Of a stretch of DNA of 64,000 nt, positions 1 to 9,372 are shown one piece after another; within the stretch, counting starts at the first letter, position 1; every line of letters begins with the position of its first letter. Both the position numbers and the translations under genes were made by a program. The notes beneath the pieces are model-generated. The model was not told the DNA's origin and searched no databases. It saw only the letters and a list, made by a program, of their open reading frames with translations. Source of the DNA: Nemertoderma westbladi (taxonomy: Eukaryota; Animalia; Xenacoelomorpha); NCBI GenBank assembly GCA_032718475.1, contig JAUCBJ010005165.1, positions 12,075 to 76,074 of the forward strand, read 5' to 3'.

Positions 1-1845
1 GAGAAAGCTAATGATGATCTTAAATTGGCCTACAACATCAGCCAGGAAAAGTACATACAAGATAAAATTGAAGCAATTACAACTGCCCACATACATCTCA
101 CATTCGATTCATTCACATGCTCACATTCGATTTTATTGAATAAAAGAACCATCTTATCTTACAGCAACAATAAAGACTTACCTGGCAAACTGTAAATGAG
201 GTATCTGGTTGGAAGAGTTGTACAAAGGGGCGCCTCAAAGCCGATAGTCCTGAAGAACGTGTTGGGAAGTGGAAAAATCACTTCAGCAACTTGCTTGGGG
301 ACACTATTTATAGAAACAGGGGACTTCACGCCTGCCGAACTCCAAAGAAGCATTAAAAGCATGTCCAATAATAAAGCGAGTGGAATAGATGAAATCCCAG
401 CGGAGGTATGGAAGACAGAAGTGCTAAACAGACCATTATTGAATGTTTGCAACCGGATGTTAAAAGGGGAAAAGCCACCACCAATTTGGACTAAAGGTCA
501 ACTAAAGCCTCTCCCCAAGAAAGGAGACCTCAGTATACCAACAAACTATCTTGGGATCTGTCTGCTTGTGGTAGCTGCCAAAATATACAATAAAATGATT
601 CTATATAGGATTAGGCCTCACATAGAGAAACTACTGCATAAGAGCCAAAACGGATTTCGACCAAATAGATCAACAATAGCTCAGATACTTGCACTAAAGA
701 GACTGATTGAAGGAATTAAGTCAAAGAATTTCCCCGCAGTCATGACTTTTGTGGACTTCAATAAGGCATTTGACTCCATCCATAGAGGTAAAGTGCTTGA
801 AATGCTAAGAGCTTATAGAATTGTTGTAGTAATAATATTGTAATTGTTGCTGGCATTGGATTGTTATATTGTGACACAGAAGAGCAGGTACTCTCACCAG
901 GTGAAACTGAGTTTTTCTCAAGCCTGGCTGGCATACTGCAAGGTGACACATTAGCACCATTACTATTTGTAATCGTGCTGGATTACGCAATGAGGATGGC
1001 CACAAAAGTGAAGTGAAGATCTGGGATTCAAACTTCAAGAACGCAGAAGTAGTAGATATCCAACAACTACAGTCACAGACACTGACTTTGCGGATGACAT
1101 CACCCTCCACTCTAATACGCTAGCAGATACACAGCTTCTACAAGATAAAGTGGAGAGGGCTGCTGAGGAGGTTGGATTGCATATAAATGCTACCAAGACC
1201 GAATTCATGACCTTTTAATGTTGATGGAAACTTGACAACCATTGATAATAATCAACTAAGGAAGGTCGATGACTTCCAGTACCTTGGATCATGGATAGAG
1301 AGTAGCAAAAAGGACATAGAAGTTAGGAAAGCAAAGGCTTGGGTAGCTCTATCAAAAATGGATGCCATCTGGAAATCAGATCTCTCCAGGCACCTGAAGA
1401 CTAAGTTCTTTCGAGCCACAGTGAAAAGTGTATTTTTATATGGGGGTGAGACCAGGACACTGACTAAATCACTTGAACAACGTATTGATGGTTGCTACAA
1501 AAGACTACTAAGGGCAGCCCTAAACATCAGATGGAGACAACACATGACAAACGCCGAGCATTATGGTACAATACCACCTGTATCAACCACCCTCCATGAA
1601 TGCAGATTAAGATTCAGTGGGCACTGCTGGCGAAGTAAAGACGAGGTCATACCTGATATACTTTTCTTGTAACCAACTCATGGAAAGCGTAGTCATGGAC
1701 GACCGGCCATAACATGTATATATCAACTTGAAAGGGATACTGAACTTGGGAGAAACGAAATTGCAACAACTATGGAGAATCGGGAAGCCTGGAAGGATCT
1801 CATTTCCACTGTCCGAGTTCGCTCGACCTAGTAGTAGTAGTAGTA
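1..1845 (+). mobile_element. RTE-type non-LTR retrotransposon, RT region and 3' end, frameshifted, ending in a (TAG)n tail
   Basis: ORF 196-843 has RT motifs (KASGIDEIP, PLPKKGDLS, QNGFRPNRST, FVDFNKAFDSIHR). GILQGDTLAP lies at ~930-960 and TDFADDI at 1081-1101 in shifted frames. ORF 1232-1672 has FQYLGS and LRFSGHCWR. TAG-repeat tail at 1829-1845. Confidence 0.9.
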
Positions 1846-3099
1846 TTTATTAAGGTAGCTAGTGTTTTTTTTTCGTTTTTTTTTTTCGTTTTTTTTTTGG
1901 TTGGTTAACAATATGTTTTTATAATTTCAAAATATACTAGCTAAAAAAAAATACGCTTGATATTTAAAAAAAAACACTAGCTACAATTAAAAAAACATCT
2001 GCTAATGTTCCAGGACATTCACCAATATTAAAAAGACAAAAATAAAAAAATAATAAAGTACAAAAAAATAATAAAAATTAAAGATTTTGAACAATTCCCT
2101 AGCTACCATAATAGCTAGTGTTCTAGAACAAATTTTTTATTGTAAAATGTTGAAATAATGTCTACATGATATTTACAATAATGTAAATCAAAGATAAATT
2201 GTAAAAAAAAATTTAATTTTTTAAATATAGGGTGGAAACTGCAAAAGTACCGGATATGCAGGTTGTCTGGTATGTTTGTGCACATTAATCCCCTGGGATG
2301 GTCCTGACTGTATATGGCTCTCTCCCAACCCTGGTCATTATGATTGTTTATATATTTCATGTGGATATGGTGGGTGGGTTTGCCTAGATGCATTCATTTA
2401 TATTATATGCAGTATAATTTATTGGATTATGTTTAACTGCTTTGTGTTATAATTATAATTTTCTATTCCAGTTGCTATGTGATGTTGCATAGAATCTGGT
2501 GGTGGGTTAGGCCTATCTACATAGTGTAATCTATCTGAATAGAATGGCCTAGCCTCTGTATTGATAGTGTCATATTGCTGCATGGGCTGCATGCACCTGG
2601 TATAAACTCAGACTCCTACAGTACCAATATAAGCCTATAAGATAGTTTCCTAGCTACCAGTAGGTATGGAACTACATCGGAGTTTCGCCATCGACCTCAT
2701 CTTTCCCCGATTTCGGTGGCATCCCTAGGCTCAGACCTAATGCCTACCGTAGTTGTTTGCTTGTTATATTGCACATTGTTTTCTGTACAATTTTCTACCT
2801 TATGTTTGTGGGGTTGCTGGTGTAAAAGATGTAAATAAATCCCCATTTAGAATGACTCACCAGTGATCTGGGGGGTCATTACAATCAATCTAGGTTGAAA
2901 TGAGTCCACCGTTTGAAATGAATCCCTTCAAAGATATCCATAGGTTAAATAGTAACCTGCACTCTTAATAAGATGTGATTGTTTATCTATGAATGTATCT
3001 GAATGTTATACTAGAAGGTCATGAGAAAGCAAATAAATTGGAGATGAGCTGTTGCAACTGTAATTAAAGGTGTAATATTATGGGTTTGTTCAGAAGTGG

Positions 3100-3200
3100 A
3101 AAAAATGGGAGCGCGTCACCGGGGGTTGAACCAGCGCTATACGCACGTTTCGGCCTAACAGGCCTCATCAGTAGCGCTAACCAGCTCAGCCACTAGCCCC
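3100..3200 (-). promoter_or_regulatory. tRNA-type internal Pol III promoter (A box, B box) and T6 terminator bracketing the hammerhead; repeated at +340, +680, +1020
   Basis: A box TGGCTGAGCTGG (3192-3181) fits TRGCNNARYNNG. B box GGTTCAACCC (3132-3123) fits GTTCRANNC. TTTTTT at 3105-3100. 5' end GGGGCTAG resembles a tRNA start. Confidence 0.7.
3133..3178 (-). ncRNA. Minimal type I hammerhead ribozyme, copy 1 (intact core)
   Basis: Minus strand reads AGCGCTA CTGATGA GGCCT-GTT-AGGCC GAAA CGTGCG TA TAGCGCT: stem I, CUGAUGA, stem II, GAAA, short stem III, and GUA cleavage triplet (cut between 3140 and 3139). Confidence 0.92.
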
Positions 3201-3472
3201 TGACACTCGCAGTCCCACCTAATCCACTTCTATTGAACGGGCAGTCTTAAGTTGCAAATATTCTATCTCTAACAGCGGACCTAACGGCCTCAAGTATGCT
3301 AGAGTGAAACAGGAGGGAAGTACAAATAAATAAATATTCAGCCCGGTATTGCTGCCAGGTGATATTAATTAAATAAATTAGAGATGAGCTGTTGCAACTG
3401 TAATTAAAGGTGTAATATTATGGGTTTGTTCAGAAGTGGAAAAAATGGGAGCGCGTCACCGGGGGTTGAACC

Positions 3473-3518
3473 AGCGCTATACGCACGTTTCAGCCTAACA
3501 GGCCTCATCAGTAGCGCT
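3473..3518 (-). ncRNA. Hammerhead ribozyme, copy 2 (closing pair of stem II changed to G-U)
   Basis: Same as copy 1 except plus-strand g>a at 3492. Confidence 0.8.
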
Positions 3519-3812
3519 AACCAGCTCAGCCACTAGCCCCTGACACTCGCAGTCCCACCTAATCCACTTCTATTGAACGGGCAGTCTTAAGTTGCAAATA
3601 TTCTATCTCTAACAGCGGACCTAACGGCCTCGAGTATGCTAGAGTGAAACAGGAGGGAAGTACAAATAAATAAATATTCAGCTCGGTATTGCTGCCAGGT
3701 GATATTAATTAAAAAAATTGGAGATGAGCTGTTGCAACTGTAATTAAAGGTGTAATATTATGGGTTTGTTCAGAAGTGGAAAAAATGGGAGCGCGTCACC
3801 GGGGGTTGAACC

Positions 3813-3858
3813 AGCGCTATACGCACGTTTTGGCCTAACAGGCCTCATCAGTAGCGCT
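3813..3858 (-). ncRNA. Hammerhead ribozyme, copy 3 (G12>A, predicted inactive)
   Basis: Plus-strand c>t at 3831 turns GAAA into AAAA. Confidence 0.75.
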
Positions 3859-4152
3859 AACCAGCTCAGCCACTAGCCCCTGACACTCGCAGTCCCACCT
3901 AATCCACTTCTATTGAACGGGCAGTCTTAAGTTGCAAATATTCTATCTCTAACAGCGGACCTAACGGCCTCAAGTATGCTAGAGTGAAACAGGAGGGAAG
4001 TACAAATAAATAAATATTCAGCTCGGTATTGCTGCCAGGTGATATTAATTAAATAAATTGGAGATGAGCTGTTGCAACTGTAATTAAAGGTGTAATAATA
4101 TGGGTTTGTTCAGAAGTGGAAAAAATGGGAGCGCGTCACCGGGGGTTGAACC

Positions 4153-4198
4153 AGCGCTATACGCACGTTTCGGCCTAACAGGCCTCATCAGTAGCGCT
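4153..4198 (-). ncRNA. Hammerhead ribozyme, copy 4 (intact core)
   Basis: Identical to copy 1. Confidence 0.92.
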
Positions 4199-4484
4199 AA
4201 CCAGCTCAGCCACTAGCCCCTGACACTCGCAGTCCCACCTAATCCACTTCTATTGAACGGGCAGTCTTAAGTTGCAAATATTCTATCTCTAACAGCGGAC
4301 CTAACGGCCTCAAGTATGCTAGAGTGAAACAGGAGGGAAGTACAAATAAATAAATATTCAGCTCGGTATTGCTGCCAGGTGATATTAATTAAATAAATTG
4401 GAGATGAGCTGTTGCAACTGTAATTAAAGGTGTAATATTATGGGTTTGTTCAGAGTTCAGAGAGAGGGTTCATGAGAAAGCAAA

Positions 4485-5420
4485 GCAGTCGACCATGCCC
4501 TAGCAGCATACTTGGCTTCAGTTTGCCAGTCCGACCCATTTGTATCACAAATCCTCCACCATAGAACACTAAACCACCACATAGTCCCATCCCTCCAGTC
4601 TCTGGCGCAATCTGCAAATGAACCACAATGGACCACCCTCGATGTTCTCACAAGCCCAGGTACTCAATGGAAGCTATCCAATGCTATTGATCTGAAACTC
4701 CATGAGCAACAACTGTCCCACGCCCCAGACACTCTGTCAACACTCACCAACTCAACATCACTGGCCCACCCTGGTGACTGGCTGCCATGTGAAAGCCTTG
4801 GGCTTCACTTTATGGTATGCCTCTACTGGCTCGTTGTCTGCATGGTCTCTGGCCCATCCCCTTGTCCTATATGCCTATCACCGGCCGACCAAATAGGAGA
4901 CCACCACATAGGATGTAGTGGTGATGGGGACAGAATCTCATGCCATGACTCACTTCAGGATGCAGTCCTCTCAACAGCCCAATCTGCTGCTCTTGCGCCC
5001 GAAGTGAAGTCCCTGGCCTGATACCAGGTTCCTGTAGCAGTCCAGCAGACATCTTCATCCCAAACTGACAAGGAGGCCACCCAACATCCCTGGACATAAC
5101 AGGCATTTCCTCCCTCCAGACGAGAGCTTCCGCCACCCCAGGACATGCATTATCCATCGCATACGACTGCAAGACAGCTGCCGACATAGAAGAGTGCCGC
5201 AAGAGTCTGGAGTTTGCTTTATTCCCCTACCAGTGGAAGCCCTGGGTGGTTTGCACCCTCATGCCTCGGCCACTATGCGGGAGATAGACCGTCTCCAAGG
5301 TCTCAGGCGAGGTATTCCCTCAATGGACTCCACCCGCCACATGTTCCAGCAGTTATCCTTCACGCTCTGGTGGGGAAACGCCACAATGTGGTTACGACAG
5401 GGCCAGGTTTTCCCTTCAGT
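4485..5420 (+). mobile_element. Degenerate C-terminal part of a CRE-like (restriction-like endonuclease) non-LTR element
   Basis: KAVDHALAAYLAS, CPIC..DQIGDHHIGC zinc knuckle, RISCHDSL, SPADIF, LDIT and FIPLPVEALGG across frameshifts. Confidence 0.7.
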
Positions 5421-5930
5421 CCTGCAAAATAAATATGAGGGACAAAGTTTTCGACGAAATAAAATATTTTATAAAAACTCGTATATAACCAAATGATGTT
5501 GGAAGTGACAAAGGTAATAAAAGATCTAATTTCCATAGAGGAAATGCTTATAAGATGAACTTGATTCAGATGATGTTTTACTAAGAATTATTGGAAAAGG
5601 ATTATAATTAAAAAAGTATGCTGCATTGAGAACCTGGAGGAACAAAAAATTGGAATAAAAGTATTTCATGAAGGCAATGAAATTAGTGGCGAAGCCAACA
5701 ACGCACTGGCAGGGGGAGAATGGAAAATTGTTGCAAGAGGTGTGTTTTTGGTGGTCAATGCAGTCCCATGATAAAAAAATTAAATTATGTTGAATACTGA
5801 TAACTGAGGAATAGTAGACCTATAAGGGGATTTATTTAAACCCGGAGACATCTTTTAAACCTGCAATAGTTTGTATTGAATCCCGTTGATCAAGGGTTTC
5901 ATTTAAAACTAGGTTGTAATTAATTGTTAG

Positions 5931-6210
5931 TGGATCCAATTCGCTGCACCACCCAGCGGAAAATGGGGAAAGGCATGATTTACGAATCATGATTGGATAT
6001 GCGATATTACCAATATAATATTACATACCAAAGGCACCAAGGCCATATACATTGCCAGCTGGAGAGAGATGCCAGTATATCAGCTCATCTCATAGGAAGC
6101 TAGCATAGGGTCAGGGGAAAATAGGGATTGGCCGGAGAATAGATCAACCAATGACAGGGCGGTTTTCCATCAATTATCGCGCATTTACTGGTAGGCCAAA
6201 CCTAGGTAGG
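5931..6210 (+). repeat. Dispersed repeat; inverted copy at ~13555-13843
   Basis: ggatccaattcgctgcaccacccagcggaaaatggggaaag at 5932 is the reverse complement of 13802-13842, and similarity continues for ~280 bp. Confidence 0.75.
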
Positions 6211-6289
6211 AATGTGTATCCCATGTAATATATATAATCGTTACTCTGTTAATTGTGCTTCAGTTGGCTACATTGAGTGTAGAAGTCAG

Positions 6290-6445
6290 ATGGTTTTTAA
6301 CCATCATCGCTGTCATTGTTACTGCTATTATTATATTAGACTGACTGGCTTATCTGTGTTACTCAGCTATTTTACCGGCCTTAGGCCTTTCAATTCCATC
6401 AACAGCCTTTCAGTAGCCTAGCAAACGCAGCGTCGCGTATTCTCG
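6290..6445 (+). repeat. Dispersed repeat; inverted copy at ~10275-10440
   Basis: ctcagctattttaccggccttaggccttt...gcaaacgcagcgtcgcgtat matches the reverse complement of atacgcgtcgccgcgtttgc...aaaggccgaaggccggataaataactgag. Confidence 0.65.
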
Positions 6446-7321
6446 ATACGACTCGAAACACAAAAACCGGTCGGGATCCTTTGCCAACTCAGATCCCGTC
6501 ACATTAATGGGGATTCATTTAAACCTAGGTATAAATGATTTGGGAGTCATTTTTTATGGGATTCATTACAAACTAGTACCCAATCTTCGTCACCTAAGAG
6601 GCATGTTTTATTATTAGTAAAATAAATAAAATATTTTGCACTGATGTATTATAAATAAAATCAATTAAAATAAATTATGTAAGATGTAATTAAATGCGCT
6701 CTAAAATAGGAGTTACTCGTCATTTGACCATGATCTGAGAGATATAATGTTGTTCGGTGTCCAGATTAATATTTAATACTAGCTGGCAATTACCAGTGGC
6801 GGGTTACCTGTTATCCCACCACTACCGGTACGCCGGTACCGAACTTGAATTAAACTTTTCGAAAAGTGGCCTTTAACAACCATTGGTTAAATTTATACAC
6901 ACATGGCAAGTCCCAGCGCAATCCACTGCACAGCGCTCCACCCGTTTTGGAGGAGTTCGAACACAGAGAAACAGAGAGAGAGAGTGAGACAGACAGAATT
7001 TGATTTTTATAGGTATAGATGACATTAAACTCAGGAAGTAATAAAGAATGCTGTCATAGCTGCGATCATTGTGCGCTAGCATAGAACTGTCATCTTGGTT
7101 TTCTGGTTCTGATTGCAAATAAAAAGTATATTTATTATTAATTTCTAATTATTATAAACTGATTTTGTATTTCAATAGAGAATATCATTCATTGTAATTA
7201 TTTCGTAATCTTTTAAATTCGAAAATTGTCAAAATTAAAGTACCACAAGTACAAACAAACGAGCACTAAATTCATATACACAAATTTGTTTACTGTGCCT
7301 ACTTTTCAATTAATTTATTGT

Positions 7322-7536
7322 ATGTCGTTTGTTATGATTCGCTTTGTGTTACTTCCCATTATTTTGGTTTCTGTGGTTGAATGTGCCGATACAGATAACA
7401 CATTCCACTCCTGTGGAAGATCAATTTCTTATGGTACAGGATACAATGGATTCCTCCCAAATAAACAACTATTAAACCATGTGATCAAAGAGTTGGTGAC
7501 AACTAATCAAATAAAATGTATGACAAGATGTTCAAG
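7322..7536 (+). CDS. Exon 1 of a secreted PAN/apple + calcium-binding EGF repeat protein (signal peptide and N-half of PAN)
   Basis: MSFVMIRFVLLPIILVSVVECA hydrophobic leader, then FLPNKQLLNHVIKELVTTNQIKCMTRCS. Donor AG|GTTAGT, phase 2. Alternative ATG at 7334. Confidence 0.8.
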
Positions 7537-7554
7537 GTTAGTTATTTCGGAAGC

Positions 7555-7712
7555 AGGGCAATTCGGTCCGGACAATTTGGTCCCGGACAATTCGGTCCCA
7601 TTAATTTTGTCCCATTAATTGTCCGGGACCGAATTGTCCGGATACTGACTAGGACAATTCGGTCCCAAAACATACATATTAATGGGACAGAATTGTCCGG
7701 GACCGAATTAAA
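7555..7712. repeat. Short inverted/direct repeat cluster (ggacaattcggtccc), MITE/TIR relic
   Basis: Several ggacaattcggtcc copies face their reverse complement gggaccgaattgtcc. Confidence 0.6.
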
Positions 7713-9039
7713 TTGGTACTACATAATGGTGAATGTTCTAGAATCTTAGTATATATTTTTTTATGGCAGCTAGTGTTTTTTTACTAGCCATTATTTTTTG
7801 AAAATAAAACAATTTTACTTTTTTTTTAAATATTATTAGTTATGGTAGCTAGTGTTATTATGGAGCCAATGAATTATTTACTAGCAAGTAATAGTATGTA
7901 TTTAAAATTATATAGATATTTGACCTGATATTTAAACTGATTTTTTTAATATGTTGCCTTTGTATGTGTTGTTGGTTGGTTAACAAGCCTATATTATTAT
8001 CCTAGATAATAGCCGAATCTCATTGAGGGACACTTTATTGCTGAATTTAGATTCAGAAAACTGTACCGCCGCACGATGTTCAGTTTAAACTGTCCATTGT
8101 GGAATATTAGTGTTGAATATTAGTGGTGAAGTGTAGAATTGAATATTAGTGTTGAATACGGATATATTCACCTTCAGCAAAAAACCTTGTATCGGTATTG
8201 GTTTATTTTGCTTCAGGTGAATATATCCGTATATCCATCCAACTCTAAACATTGAATAATATCAGAATATTATAATAATTTATGTTGCTCTGTTATACTT
8301 ATACTGCACTGTTCTACAGTACTAATGAGCAGTCCGTACCTAACAAACTGCCTAATTTACACAATATAGTATTAGTTATCTGAATTGTTGATATCAATGG
8401 GATTCAAATGCGTACAGTGATGTCACGTCCAATCACAGATCGTTTTCAAATTTTGAATAATTTTATAAACTGAAAATACCAATATCTCGGAGATTTTAGC
8501 ATCTTATTGAATTCTGTAAACGCCATTGTGTTTCTGTGATATTATTGCATCTAATTAAGCTGGTTTTGAATTTGAGTCGTGAACCCCATTGTCTGGGTCA
8601 CAATTGTCCTAACTCCACTGAAGTAGGTTCCTGAGGAAATGGCTTTGAATGAACACCTTTGGGTTAAAGAAATTTGTATGTGGCTTTTGTATGGCCCTAC
8701 ACACGCATATCAAGTTTGTAGGACGAAAACCCCTAACTTCAAGAAGAACTTAACCCAAGAAAGCAAGCTGCAACAATAGGCAATCTGTTAGAATTGTGGT
8801 GTGAGATGGAAGTACGCCTGGACGAAGTTGAGGCTTCACAAGCTGGTCTCCAGACAAAGCTACTTGTGATCGAAACTGCTCCAACTGAAACTACTGGAGA
8901 TGATACCTGGGTTGTTGTGGTACGACGAAATTCCAAAAATCTCACAGCTTTTCATAAAAAGTTAACACCAATGTCAAAACAAACAACAATAAACATCTAA
9001 ACATAGTAGCATAACCCCCGGGTTGAAAGCGGAATCTGC

Positions 9040-9372
9040 AGGGATTGCTTTTGGTGCCGCAGTATAATCTGGAGAATTATGGAAAGCGTGCATTCTCGGT
9101 TGCAGCACCATCTATATGGAACTCACTCCACAAAGATACCCGAACTGCACCATCAGCGGATAGTTTTAAGAAGCGGTTGAAAATGTACTTTTTTGAAAAA
9201 AGATTATGGAGAGGAGAACTGAAAAATTTATATTATTTTTAACCAACAGACTTTTTCGAATAATTTTTATTTACTATATAATGCTGTGTTTTTAACTTCC
9301 ACTTATAGCATTGGTCACCATTTTAAGTGCCTTGAAACACTTGAAGCTCTATAAATATTTTATTATTATAAA
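9040..9372 (+). mobile_element. 3' end of an L2/CR1-group LINE
   Basis: LLVPQYNLENYGKRAFSVAAPSIWNSL...SFKKRLKMYFF is the typical C-terminus; (TAT)n-like tail near 9360. Confidence 0.75.

Larger units (their letters stand above)
3034..4454 (-). mobile_element. Tandem array (4.2 x 340 bp) of a hammerhead-ribozyme-bearing, tRNA-like unit (retrozyme-like), flanked by a 15-bp TSD
   Basis: Exact 340-bp period (tgggtttgttcaga at 3081, 3421, 3761, 4101, 4441). Direct repeat TCATGAGAAAGCAAA at 3019-3033 and 4470-4484. Hammerhead core present in each full unit. Confidence 0.9.

Noticed and set aside
3034-4454. CRISPR array or true tRNA gene cluster
   Set aside because: Units are identical along their whole length with no unique spacers. 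There is no anticodon arm, and the context is eukaryotic.
2815-6590. Possible old large TIR element bracketing the ribozyme array (aatgaatccc / gggattcatt motifs at both ends)
   Set aside because: Similarity is patchy and no TSD or exact termini could be fixed.
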